Below are positions 1-15,200 of a stretch of 64,000 nucleotides of DNA, in pieces. Position 1 is the stretch's first letter. Every line of letters begins with the position of its first letter. Source of the DNA: Antedon mediterranea (Eukaryota; Animalia; Echinodermata); NCBI RefSeq assembly GCF_964355755.1, contig NC_092673.1, positions 28,951,648-29,015,647 of the forward strand. The letters run 5' to 3'. The notes beneath the pieces were generated by a model. The model worked only from the letters and a program-made list of their open reading frames with translations. It was not told the DNA's origin and did no database searches. A program made the position numbers and the translations under genes.

Positions 1-253
1 AACGCAGGTAAAAAACATAAGAGCAGTGCTCGTTTGTGTGGCTACCATATACATATAAAAAGAACAATAACAATGAAAACCATAAAAAACATAAACAAAT
101 AAGACAAATTACTTACACAAAACAAACCATAGGAATTTTATAAACAGATTTTTGCATATAAATCATAAAAACACAGCATTAGTAATTTAAGTTATAAAAA
201 TGAAATATTATCCCAACCTAAGAATTATCTGAATTTGTCTTTATTTTCTACAG

Positions 254-3200
254 GAACTGTTGCCAGATTTGTACACCCACTTTATCACGCAAGGTTTTCA
301 CACGTCTATGTATGCATCACATTGGTTCCTCACGCTATTCTCAGTGTGTTTCTCTATACCACTATCATGCAGGGTTATGGATTTATTTATTCAAGATGTA
401 AGTACTAATTATATTTAAATCCCTGTCTACACTATCAAACATTATTGGATGTGCTCACATGATGATGTCATATCACTACCATATTTGGGCATACCACTAC
501 CATATTTGAGCACATCACACCTTTTTTGTCAAACTAGTTTGTTTGCTTTAGTCTTTTTTTTAGCTTGGTTCCCATAAGTGAGTTGACCAATCACAATCGT
601 CAGTTCAGATGATCCATCGTATTACAATTGGTCAAATTAAATGGCAATTATGTATATCAATAAATAATAAATATATAAAATACATAGTAGTATTAATAGT
701 AAATACAAGTTAATTTTATGAATTTTTATATTTTCAGGGCATGGAAACTATATTTCGCATTGGAATGGCGATACTTCAGATGCATCATGATGAGCTTCTT
801 GCCATGGATATGGAAGAGATGTTAAAGGTAACCAAATTGGTCTCTAATCTTATACTCATTAATGGTAACCAAATTGGTGTCTAATCTTATACTCATTTCT
901 AATCTTATACTCATTAATGGTAACCAAATTGGTCTCTAATCTTATACTCATTAATGGTAACCAAATCGGTCTCTAATCTTATACTCATTGAAGATAACCA
1001 AATCGGTCTCTAATCTTATATAAAGTTAAGTTAATTGGCCTCAAATCTTGTATTGATTGAAGGTAACCAAATTGGTCTGTAATCCTATACTTATAATAGT
1101 TAACCAAATTGGTCTCAAATCTTGTACTCATTTTAGGTAACCAAATTGGTCTCTAATCTTATACTCATAAACGGTAACCAAATTGGTCTCTAGACTACAA
1201 ACGCCACTCAAACTTTTTGATTAACAATTCTGATTACATATTTATTTTTTTGTTTCAGTTTCTTCAAAAAACAGTGCCTTTAAAACATAGTCAAGATCAT
1301 GATATATTAATTAATAGTGCCTCTCTAGTCAAGTATAATGCCAAAAAAATGAAAAGGTTAGTAAGAATATTATTTGAATATTTCAGTAGATAGACAGTTG
1401 CCTCTTTAAACCATCATCTCGTGAAACAAACAAAATGGATTGGAGATGTTTTTATTGATTTGTTGTCTTAAGCTCTGTCTACACTATCAAACTTTATGTG
1501 AAAAAAAATAATGTGATGTGCATATCACTACCATATTTGGGCACATCATACTTTTTAGGTCAAACTAGTTTGATAGCATAGACAGAGCCATATATTAACC
1601 TATTTCTTTGTATTTGACAGGTTAGAAAAGGATTACTTAGCATTTAAGAGCAAAGAGACGGAAGAACAGGTTGAAATGAGGGTAGGAGCCATTTTCCCTT
1701 TCATTTCATCAATTATACAAAGCTAAAAGTTAAATTTCATTTTTGTATGTCATATAGCAAATATACATAAAGCTAAATCAAAATTATGATATAAAACAGT
1801 AAAGAAGAAGTAAGAATCTAACAAAGCTTTTGGAAAGCACAATTCCTTCATCATTTTACAAATTAGTATAGAGTAAATGAGTATTAGTATGAAGCTTGGT
1901 GGTTAACATGCTTGTTCGGGGTTCAATCTTGACCTAGTGCCAGGGTTGTAACTCGACTCTTTCAACTCCACTCCCTAAGCCTCCAATAAGACTTACGCCC
2001 GTATTCTTAAACCGGACTTTAGTCGTAGTTCGAAGTTCGACTTGAAAAAGTCGTAGTTCGAGCTATTACTTCAAATTCGATTCAAAAACGAAGTAGTCGA
2101 AGTTTGCAGTTCGACTTAATGAAGTCGAGTTGCACACGTCTGGGTAACAAAGGCTATGCATTGGCCAATGACAAGAGAGTATTTGAGGAGCAGACGAAAT
2201 TTTGCGCATTGATATCACTTTCCATTTTCTTACAACACTTTTTACGCATCAGGACTATACATGAAAAATAATTTTAATCGTTAATTATTAGAACAAGATC
2301 AGTATTAATTTAACAGTGAAGTACTTTTGATTAACAACAAACAAAATCTTCAAAATATATTTAGGAACCATGGCGGTACGCTAACTTTTATATTTTCTAG
2401 ACCCCCAACAAAGTATGATCGCGACGAACCACGCACTTCATAGCGTGACAAGAAAGCGCTAGGCCCCCTAAACATTCCATCGCGTGGTGAATTTCCGCAT
2501 CTGCCATTGTCGCTATGGCGTGACGTAGTTCAAGTCGGACTTGCACGAAGAAAATTATGTAATTTGTATACAGTTGTAAATAAAGATGATTTTCATTATT
2601 ATAACATATACCAATGTATATTTAATTAAGCTAATATAAAAATAGATATTTCATTCTTCAATATCTGGCCAATATAACAACTCAATGACTTGTTACGTTT
2701 TTCATAAACATCGTTTAAAAACCATTTAGTCGACCATTTAGCCTGCCCCCTCCAGGACTAAAAAAATCGATCAAAATTCGTCTCGATTTAGTCGAGGTTG
2801 GCCTGAATTAGTCGGCGATTTAGTTGAAGTTCGGTTTATGAATTAAAATGACGTCATTTTTAAAGTTTTAGTTCGAACTACGACTAAAGTCCGGTTTAAG
2901 AATACGGGCGTTAGTTTATAAGCCCGATAAATTATAAAATAGTTTATCCATCCTGTAATTGACGAGTTAGGATGCGTATGAAATAACAAAAATAAAAAAA
3001 GATTATCAAATTTGTTTTAAAAAATGAAAGATAACTGCTGAATGTTTAAATATAATTCAATAATTTTTTTGTTTTAATTAAATTCCAATAAATGAAATAT
3101 AAATAAACTATAACTACATCTTTCCACAGAGGTTACGCACAGAAACTAGACTTCTTCGGCAGCGTATCGACATCCTCGAAAAAGAGAATATTACCCTGGC

Positions 3201-6200
3201 AGATAAGCTAATCCAGGACCAACTAACACGAGCACAGGAGGCGGAAGACTCGTACCAAGTAAAGCAAGAATTGCATTATACTAAGCAACAAGAACAAGAG
3301 ACGTTGGACAAGCTGGATAGCGCACAGATTGTTATTAAAGACCTTAAAGAGAAGGTAAGATTCCTGCATGTTTTAGTATTCTGAATTTGAATGACTTCTT
3401 CTTGGGTTGACTCGTCTTTGGACTTTTTCAAAGTCATGCATATCAATGCAGTAACTGAGCGATTAAGACAGTGGAACCGTAATTATGTAGCCATAACATC
3501 AGCAAGTGTTCAAGGCTCACTTGCTCCATGGTTCTGGTGGTAGAATGAATCTTCTCGGATAAAGACACATCTAGCTCATGTGTACTTTAATGACTCTAGT
3601 ACATCTTTCGAGATGAGTAGGGAGTTACCCCGGTATACTAGTACACTCACAGCCACTGTCACTCACAGCCACTGATCATAACTGGGCCCTCTGGCTGACT
3701 GAAGAGGTCGCCCAGTATAAATAAATAATAACAAACTCAAAATCAACCACCAACTAGTCCAGGTTTTAATTACTACGTTCTCAGATATAAGCCCATATCC
3801 TTAAAATTCATAAGTGTGCTTATACAGTATGGTAAAAACAATTGCCAACATTCTTTCTATTCAAACATTTTTATAATGAAGCTATATTATTCAAGAAGTA
3901 AATAGAGGAATGATAATACTATTTTTTTCGTGTGATAAAATTTTCTTTATTGGTAAAAACAATTTAATAATTTCATTAACCGTTCATTTGCAAGCAGCCT
4001 AAAGGACGTCTCAGCTTCAGGTTCAAAAAGAATAAAGTAGGTACCATTTGTTGTGGAGCTGTTTTTCTTTTAACATCACTTTGTTTTGGTTCCAACACAT
4101 TTTTTTGCTTATATTTTGAAAATAGGAATTAGATCTTTTAGTCTATAAAGTGCGTATTAAACAAAGTAAAAATTTTGGATAAAATAGTAAAAAAGCTAAG
4201 CGCAATAGGTAGAAAATACAAATTAAATGTACTATTTCACCCAAGTTTTAGATATTGACAGATCGCCAAAAAAAAACCGGTAAATTGCATTCATATAGGT
4301 TCTCAGCCAAGAAACTAATTATCTCTCTAAATTTTGCATAATTATCTAAAAACTGATATTTACTTGACCGACAAGTAATTCAGTTAAATTGTTAGTTAAT
4401 TTTCATGTGTTTACTATATCTCTATTGTTTGCTTTTCTATCATTTTGTTATTAAAAACAAAATATTTTGTTGTTTTAGACTAGAAATTTGGTGTTAAAAT
4501 GTTGTGTGTTCATTGGTGGTATGAGTACAAATGCTAATGATTGTGGTGTAAATGTGTTTTTGTTTTGATGTAAAAATGGCTTTTGTAAATTCTTCAAATA
4601 AAATGTAACATTTAGAGTTGAAGTTTCATCATCATGATGCTCTGTCTACACTATACAACATTATGTGACAAAAAAAAATGTGATGTGCTCATATATGGAC
4701 TTGATGATGTCATATCACTACCATATTTGAGTATATTACTACCATATTTGGGCACATCACACTTTGTAAAACTAGTATGATAGTGTAGACAGAGCTTTAG
4801 AGATTAATGTGAAGATAGGGTATGTATCTAGTTCAGGATTTGAACTCACAACCATGTGGTAAATTGACTGGAGTACAATTGATTCTTTCTGAATAGAAAG
4901 TGTAAAGTAACAGCAGGGGGTATTACTATTACAATTCCAATCTACTGCTATGTGTGTTGAAATGATTAGTTCACACACAGTAAACCTATTCACCTGTATT
5001 ACCTGGTTTATTTATTTCATATTAACATATTAAACCACTCCATCGTTCAACACACCTTTATTCTGAATGCATTGTATGCTTACACTTCTACCAATATGTT
5101 GGTTCCAGGGAGTTCTGTTGATTCTAATTTAAGAACCATTTAAATTCTTGATGTTGTGGACTTTAGCAAGCAATTTTCTGAACATTAGTATGTGTTGTAT
5201 ATATTAAGCTGGAAAACGCACAGTAAGTGCGATTGTATGTGTAGTTCATATTCGCTGGCTTCATTCTTAATTCTTCAAGTTTGTACGTAAACATCAGTGT
5301 ATCTCTCCATGTTGCATTTGTTGGTTTCCTCTTTTTGGTCCATCTATTAAATGTGGCTTTTCAACACTTGTTGTTCTTAATCATCACGCTGTCACTTATT
5401 CCAAATAGACCATGGACAAACTGCTCAAGGCCCAAGGGTTCATGAAAGATATGGTTCAAAAGGTAATGTAGTGGCTGGTACAGAGTCTATTAATGCTTTT
5501 TTTAGTAACCCCAATTTGGTGCTGGTGTTTTGTCGGATCAATGTCTGAATAATGTTCACATTAGAATTGAATTAATTCATATTTAACTTCTTGACTTTTT
5601 AAAAAAATACTCAAGTTGAAAGAGACATGTCGATTACTTGTACAGTTTTTTAATTTTTGGGTATTTTTTCATTATTTATAAACAATTTGCATTAGTTTTT
5701 CAACAATTTTTTACCTTTGAGTTGATGGTTCATTTTGCTGGTGATTATTTTTGTGTGGCTGATTATTCACTGTGTTAATGATTCTTATGGCATGTAAATA
5801 TCATAATCAATCATATCATAATTTGCATATATTTGCATTATATAAGCTGCATGACTAAAAAGTATTTGCATAATTATTTCATTTACATATTTTATTAGTT
5901 TTATTTCATCATAATTTTGCAAATGCATCAAAATAAAACAATATTAAAATTATTATTTTTATCTCCTAAGATACAAATCATTGCATGTATAAACTGGGTT
6001 TATATGTTATAAAATAAAGCATTTAATTTTTTTTACAAAAATCACATATTAACATTTTACAGGTGGTCACCATGTTTTGGTTTTTATTATTTATTATACA
6101 GTAGTAGTTTAAAAAAAAAGTCATGTGGACAATTTTTATTACAGAAGAATTTGTTGCATAACATTTATATTGTTGCAATAAAAATGCTTGTCGCACATCA

Positions 6201-9200
6201 TCCGTCATCATTGGATTCTATTTTTATTGTTCGACATCAACTCCGAAAGATCACATTATAAGAAAATGATAATCAGTTCATACCGAAGATAAATATCTAA
6301 AGTTTTGCTTTCAATTATTTTTTTTACAGAGTTATAGAAAATGTTTTATAAAAGGAATTTAACCTGTTATAGATACATGTAGAAATACAGAAACTGACAT
6401 CATAGAATAACTATAAAATAATAATAATATAGAGAAGTTATAGGAAAGGAAAGAATTAGATTCAGTTGTCTAAATGTTGCTTATTTTTCAGGGCGGAACT
6501 TGCTATATTATATTGATGATATTGATTGATATTGATTATCCTCGGTTTTTGTATTTGCAGTGTCCAGTCCTGTCTTCAAAGAAAATTGAAATTATCATCA
6601 CCCCAGTTGCATTTAACCTTGGCAGAGAAATAAATAATCACAATCCCCTTCAGTTGAAATCTACTCTCTGGCAACCTTAACACTAGGAAAACTATCCTCC
6701 CTCTACACACACCTACCTCCCCCTCTACACACACCTACCTCCCCCTCTACACACACCTACCTCCCCCTCTACACACACCTACCTCCCCCTCTACACACAC
6801 CTACCTGCCCCTCTACACACACCTACCTCCCCCTCTACACACACCTACCTCCCCCTCTACACACACCTACCTCCCCCTCTACACACACCTACCTCCCCCT
6901 CTACACACACCTACCTCCCCCTCTACACACACCTACCTCCCCCTCTACACACACCTACCTCCCCCTCTACACACACCTACCTCCCCCTCTACACACACCT
7001 ACCTCCCCCTCTACACACACCTACCTCCCCCTCTACACACACCTACCTCCCCCTCTACACACACCTACCTCCCCCTCTACACACACCTACCTCCCCCTCT
7101 ACACACACCTACCTCCCCCTCTACACACACCTACCTCCCCCTCTACACACACCTACCTCCCCCTCTACACACACCTACCTCCCCCTCTACACACACCTAC
7201 CTCCCCTCTACACACACCTACCTCCCCCTCTACACACACCTACCTCCCCCTCTACACACACCTACCTTCCCCTCTACACACACCTACCTTCCCCTACACA
7301 CACCTACCTCCCCCTCTACACACACCTACCTCCCCCTCTACACACACCTACCTCCCCCTCTACACACACCTACCTCCCCCTCTACACACACCTACCTCCC
7401 CCCTACACACACCTACCTCCCCCTCTACACACACCTACCTTCCCCTCTACACACACCTACCTCCCCCTCTACACACACCTACCTCCCCCTCTACACACAC
7501 CTACCTCCCCCTCTACACACACCTACCTCCCCCTCTACACACACCTACCTCCCCCTCTCAAGGTTTATAGTATTACATTATTACAGTTATTGGGTACTAA
7601 GGTTGTGCTGTATCACCTCTCCCCCTTTTATGAGACATTCTTGTTAAAAAGGGAAAACTTTTCTTGGAAATAAACAATGGGGTGATAAATATTTTGATAC
7701 TAAGGCCAACCGCTATTGAGGGGATTCCCCTATTAAGGCCAATTTACACAGACGAGCGGTAACGGTAAGCGGTAAAGTTGAGCGGAAAACGCAAAAATAG
7801 AATCTATGTTATTTCTTATGACCATTTACACAGAACGCGGAGCGGACGAGCGGTTGAGCGGAAATCCGCTCAGGATCGAAACAGATTTGATTTTGTGAAA
7901 TTACCGCGCGGTAATTATGAATTCTGGCCAACCAACGATATGATTGAAATGACGTCATCTATCAACAACTTTCTTTTTGCGTCCGTCGAGTCAAAGACGA
8001 CAATAAATACGAGTGCCGTAGTAGGCCTAGCCTATTTTGCAACTTCTTTTTATTCAGAAATACAAACACCTACGACGTGAATAATTGTTTGTATAAGGAT
8101 AGTGTAAAGGAAATATACATTTTAGTACGTTATTAGGCAACAAGTCCCTCTAAAACTTCGGCCTGTGTGTGCTAGGCCTACTGACAGTCAGTCACATCCA
8201 GGCCAGCAGTGACTGTAACATGCATTAGCCTCGAGGCCTACACGCACCTACTTTCCCACCACTACGTTCGCGAACTCCGCGCGCTGTGTAAATGGGAAAG
8301 GCCACGCGGTTTTTCGCTTACAATTACCGCTTACCGTTACCGCTCGTCTGTGTAAATTGGCCTTTAAAGGGACACTTTAGTTAGATCATAAAATTGTCCA
8401 GTCTTGTGTTCTATTGTATTTGTGGTTGTATAGTCAGGTCCTTGTGAGAAAATGATGGTTACAATAGTGAATCTCTAGCATGTTGATATATTTATATGTT
8501 GTGGCTATGTAAATGTATTTTCAGGCTCGAGAAGGAACATCAAATGTTTACATAGACTCAGAAGCTGAGGCTATCATTCTAGCACTACAAGAAGAGTTAA
8601 TCGCAGTCAGGCTACGAGAAGCAGAGACGTCGGAATCACTCAGGGAAATGGAACAGAAAATTATTGAACTTGAAAAGGTAAATTTTATCATTTTCAAGAT
8701 TCAAGATTCAATTTTATTTTGCCAATTAAAATGGAAATAATATGAGTACATTTACAAAATTTTAAAATGTATATTAATAAAATTATTACTATATACAATA
8801 TTTATATTATTTAAAACAATCCATATATAAAAAACAAACATGAATACTATAGGGATAATATAAACATTACTTTATACTGGTTCCAATAATTAGTTAAAAT
8901 ATGCAATAAAAACTGGCTACAAAAAAAAATTTATTCTGTTCTTTATTTTTAATTTTTACTAACTTTAATGAGCTCAATTTTAAAATAATATGAAAAGTTC
9001 TTGCAAGCTATAAATTGATGATAACCATTAAAAAGCTACCAACAAATATATTTATGTTCTAGTTTTCTTAAGCAAAGTACCACATGACCAAGAATCCCTT
9101 GCTTGAGCATAATCCTACTCTCTTAAACTCTGTCTACACTATCAAACTAGTTTGACCCATTAAAGTGTGCCTAAATATGGTAGTGATAGTAATTGCTTCT

Positions 9201-12200
9201 AAAAGAAATATGCACAGCCAAACATTACTAAACATTAATACATTTATAATAATTAATATTATTGCCTACAAAATAGATCAATAAAAACATTAGTATTTAT
9301 GAAATATAATAATGTAATTTTTGTATGTAGTTCATTGATTGTAAACGTTTTGCGTTTCAAGACAGTTTCGTATAGGTGTCAGCCACACTTCATCAATATA
9401 CTAATCAAAACCAGAGGAAAATGTTTTCATTATGTTATTAAATTTTTTTTTTTTTTAAATTTTAGACTACTGTACACCTGTTGTTGGTTATATTATTTAA
9501 TGTTCATGTATAGGAATTATATTTATTTATTATTACTGTTTATTATTATTATTATTATTATTGTCCATTATATAAATAGAACCGTTATGATAAATGATTT
9601 AAGAAGCATTCGCATTGATAAATTGTGTTTTTCAAATTTATAATAGGAAAGGATAAAGTCAGAATTTCTCAATATAACTGCTCTACTAATAATAGTACAT
9701 TTTAATTGAAATAGTATAGTGTACATTAGCATACAGGTTTTTGTCGTAAATCTTCGTAATAGCATGCATATTACAGTTGAAACCATTAATATACACTTTC
9801 GTTTTTTTATTTTTTCATTTGCCTAATGGACATGCTCCCTCTAGTCTTGTACCATGGCTCTTGATGCAAACGATACTCATTCAAGCATAAGTCACGCTTG
9901 AACGACTCTATGATAATTAAATTTATTAGTCACGTTATGAAAGACTTTGCTCGTACAGATGTAAAACATAATTACACCGTGTCTGAAAGTGTACATCTTT
10001 GCTGCTAGTCTTCCTCTGAGCATTCTATTGTTTTGTAAATTTTAAATAAATAATCAATTCTATGGAATTTAGAATTCATTGGAGATATTATTTATGCAGA
10101 GCAGTAATCCGCTCTGAGTAGTACTAACTGTTGTATTGGATTTTCACTATCTGGCGCAACGAGAGTAAATATTACCTCAATCGTCTATGTGCGACATAAA
10201 AACCATTGAACTAAAACACCTTAATAAAGAAAAGCAGATTTATGTTATCATATAATTTGCTGGCTCTACATCAACATGTTAACATCAACAATGGTAAGAG
10301 ATACGTTTTATTTTATATTGTTGTGTTTAATTAATTTATTTAGACAAATAAAAAGATAAGACAAGCTGAAGCAGGAATGACGGTTGACACAATGCAGGAG
10401 GAGCTAATAGCAGTCAAACTGAGAGAGGCTGAGGCTAACCTCTCACTTAAGGAATTGAAACATAAAGTATTGGAGTTAGAAGACCATTGGCAGGTAATGC
10501 ACGGGTCAAAGTTCATTAATGGACAAGTCCAAATTCAATTACAAAACTGGAGAGTATAATAACACCCAAGTAATTTGTTCACCCAAACCAATGTATAGGA
10601 ATTTATTAGTTATAGATTTTTAATTACATTTCAATATATACACAATCATTTTTTATGATAATACAATATACGGATAATATTAATCATACTAATATGGGAG
10701 AAATAATTAATTTTGTGAAATCACCAGTGCAGGGTAATCTTCAGATCTGCCATTCTCTGTTTTCTTTTAATCTTGATGGTTTTGGTGCTTGGCTACCAAT
10801 CCAAGTGTCCTGGCATCAAGTCCTGTATGTTAGGATTTTTTCTAATGACAATTTACAACTCCACTCCCAAAGACTTGTAATAAGACTTTGTTTATGTAGA
10901 GCATCTTGTGTATATGTTTGTATTGTGAACAGGATTGCCACCTTTAAGAAGGATAGTGAATGATTCCGGTTATGGTTATCTTTGGCAATTTGCCTAAATA
11001 TATATAAAAAAAAAAAAACACAAAGCACATAAGATTCCTGGACTGGGGACCAGATTTGTTACTGAATTGTTATTTTTGTTTAGAAACACTTGCAAAGGTC
11101 ATCGTCGGGGTCAAGACGTAAGGATCCTAATAGTAAATTAACAGTCAACGGTTTACAGGATGAATTGATAGGTGTGCGTTTACGAGAAGCCGAAGCTGTA
11201 GCAGATCTTAAAGAATCGCGTCAACGAGTTTTGGAGCTTGAGACTCAGGTAGGTCATCATATTGTGTCAATATTCTCAATTCTGCTTTTATCATTACCAG
11301 GTTTCTTGTCTAACTCTCAAGTAATTTGATCCGATACTCGATTTTGCGTTTGAACATGAATAAATAATATATAAAATGCATATGAAAATACTTATGTTCT
11401 GTGGTGGTACTCGAACCCACGACCTGCGGATCATTAGCCTGGCATTTATGCTCTAGACCACCCAGTTTGCGCTGATGGCTTCGGGTTAGGTTCAAGCTCT
11501 ATTTCATGTACAGCACAATGTTGTAACAATGCAGGCTCTATTCAATTAAAATCCCTGTCATAATTAGAAAAATTAAATTATCTGATCTATCTGTTATTAT
11601 TTGATATATAGTATTTGTATATTTTTATTAATTGTGATATTAGAGTCATATCTATTTCGATATAATACTGCTTATATAATGGCCCACACTGTATATACTA
11701 ATAGTGCACAGTAGTTAACAGATAAACCGATATAAATATTGATTAAAGTATTTTATGTTATGTTCTTATATTGAGATCTATGCTTACAGCAACATATATA
11801 TATTGCATCCATTATTATGCATTACTAATACTCTATGCATCTCAGCTATAATATTAATATACTTAATATTCTTCTTGCTTGGTGGATATGACTTGCTATG
11901 TTCTTGAATGTATGTGTGTGTGGAGATAAGGGAAAGTAACCTGTTATTTAAAAGATAAAATATAGCTTCTATTTGATAGATTTAACTACTAGATTTCACC
12001 TGATTCACTGAGCCAACCAACACTAGGTCACTCCCAGTAATAAGCTCATCTGTTCTAGCCATTAACCCAAATTACTTTCTGTTGGCATTTCATCACAATG
12101 AATGTTTCCTCTTTACTGACTATTTTTTTAATTTTTACATAGGGTTATTTTCTTGAAATATAGTGAAATAAATAATAACCAAGCATAAATGAGGTGTTTA

Positions 12201-15200
12201 AATGTACATTAATAGGGAAATTGCTAACATTTGGTTTAAAAAAACTTAGTTTTGTCTATTAGATCAGCAGGGTTTATCCTATAAGCTGAATATTGCATAG
12301 TTAGGGACATAATATAAATCGGTAAAGCTATTAGTTGATCCTATGGTGAAATATGTCATTGTTTATTACTGACATAATACTACACTACAAACCTTTTCCC
12401 GATGAACCATGTTTTCTTATTATAATTATTACATAAATTATTGTAAATTATGAAAAATTACTTTAATTTACAGAAATATTCTGCAATGGTAAACAATGAT
12501 AAACTCATGAATATTAATTAAATTATGCATATTTGTTTAGTGACAAAGTAAATGAACATATGATTATGAATAATATTAGAATAATCTATATTTAGACTGA
12601 GTTGAATAATTGAATTATAATTAGATTTCATATCAAAAGGGCAATGAAGTTATTAATATTATTAAATTAAACAATATAAACAAGCAAGATTGAAGTTTAT
12701 TATAATACATTGTGTTTGTGAATTAAATGGATTATTTATTTATTTTGTTTTTCAAAAATGAAATTTATTTATTTAAGAAAATAAACTTTAAATACGCAAA
12801 CAAAATAAATTTATTCAAAATATTCACTCCTTGCCCTCATTGCACATACAGTACTGTATTTTGAATAAGACGCTGATGACATATTTACAACAAAATATCA
12901 ATATAGAAATATGTCCAAACTTCAGTTCAATTTTTTAATTTGTTTTTTTTTATATTTTAATTTATTTATTATGATATAAAAATGGCAATCAGCAGTTAAT
13001 GCTAAATTTGGTTGCTTTACATTAAACAGAAATTGGAAAATGTAGAACGCAACGAATGTGTCGCGCACGAAAAATGTAAATAAACATAGTACAAAAGCAT
13101 GTACACATTAAGAAGAGGGGGAATTTGAAAATTGCATTACTAAATACATCATAAATTACAACATTTAAAAGTTCTGTTATACAATTTCCACCATTAATAA
13201 TTAACTCTAATGCATAGTACAATAGATTGATTTCCAAATTTACAGCGACGGCTATACGGTGAGAGTGTGCGGGAAAATCGTAAATCTTGCAATTGTTCTG
13301 AAATCATATGTACATCCCTAATGCGTTGTCAAAATATAGTTCTTGATAAAGTTGTTCTTTTAACATTTTTATTCTGTTTATGCAAATTAATGATTCCACA
13401 ACAGTAAATAGTAAATCATCACTCACACAGTGAGTGGATTACGAAATATATCAGCGTGGTATTTATCATAGATTTTATTTTGTTGCTGTTGGTAATTCAA
13501 CAACTGTATTATGCTTGATTATTATAATAACCTGACAGATGAGAGTGTATATAATCCCAGCTTTCACCGCATTGCCTCGGCATCTAAGACAAACCACGGT
13601 CTTTCTATCCTATTGTTTGATAAATTTGATTATTTTAATTACAATTATGTTAATTAGTGATGAGTCATCTTAAGATATTTAAATACTCTGCGTCACTTTG
13701 AATAGTATATCAATTTCATATATGTGTAGAAAGACAAGGACATACACTTTTGTACATATTATAGTGTGGTAATTCCAGGTGGGGATGGGGAAAAACGTAT
13801 AGTAATATAGTTACTGTAGTATTAATAAGAATTTTGTACTTGTACAAGGTTATTCCATAATATATCAACTGAATATAACTTGTATAGTGATTTTGTAAAT
13901 TTTTATATAAAAATCATAATTATGAATTAAACTGGATTTGAACTCGTCATTGTTTATCTGCAAAATGTAATCGTAGACGACGTACAGTAGGTGAATCTTT
14001 CTAACACAACGTAGAAATTGAAAGTATTTGTTGTTTGTATGTGAAAAGAAAGTTTTGTATAGTGTGTTCTGTCGACGGAAAATATTTTTTCCATTTAATC
14101 TTTCTTGGAACAAATAAAGTTTATTTCATTAGAATGGTACAAAGGAAAATGGTCACCAAACATTACTTTTTCTTAAGTTACAATTGAGTTCTGGTCTTTT
14201 GTAGTCTTTCATATAGTTTCTTATTCAACATCCTTTTTTAGGCTCTGTCTACAGTATCAAACTAGTTTGATGTGCCCAAATATGGTAGTGATGTGCCCAA
14301 ATAGGGTAGTGATATGACATCATCATATCCATATATGGGCATCACACTTGTTTTGTCATATGAAGTTTGATAATGTAGACCAAGCATACTGTAAGTGCTA
14401 CAGTATTCTTTATAGGTTTCATAGTGTCATACTATTTATATAGCATAATTTTCACTTTTTAGATAATAGTTCATTTCTTCTTCAAAAATTGTTTAAAATT
14501 GATGTGTAGGAAGATGAGCATACAACTGCATATAAACATTCATTTTGTACATTTATCTATATTTTATATTGATTTAAAAAGCACTCTACAATGTTTCTAT
14601 CTAATCAACATATATATGGCACGTTGTCTTATGTATGAATTCATCGTGTTTGCTGGCTTATCTTAGCCACAGGCATGTCTTCATCTTTCCCTGGTTTGTA
14701 TGGTGGTGTAGCTAGTGTTTCACGGTTAAGGTTTAATAACTCAAATTGTTATAGTGTTCAGAATTGTTCACAGTGATCGTTGGTTGCCATTTTTAGCTGC
14801 GGCTTTTTAAGCTGAAAGAGAAATTTAAGTTGCGCTCAAGTAGTGTAGACGAAGAGCCTGATGAAAACACGACAGAAAGTTCATTCAACTATAAGGCAAG
14901 TTGTCTGAGGTTTTTAAGTTAAGTTGGTTGTTGTAGCCTATAGGTCAATATTGTTAGTAATAATAGATCTTGATTAATTAACACATAGCTGCCGTTATGT
15001 CCTGCTTTCTTCCTTTTGAGTATGTTTACAAAAACCACCATGTTAGAGATCGTCTTCTTCTTTATATCTTTAACAACAGTTAAACATAAAGCTTGGTTCC
15101 CATTAGGATGTAACACATTGTAAGTGATTTGACCAATCACAAGCGATGGATTATTCGAACAGTGGCTTGTCATTGGTGAACTCGCTTGTGTTGCGAGTAC

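Noticed and set aside
14858-14885. Hammerhead-like CTGATGA...GAAA
   Set aside because: No stem II can form between the boxes; the region is better explained as a candidate coding exon.
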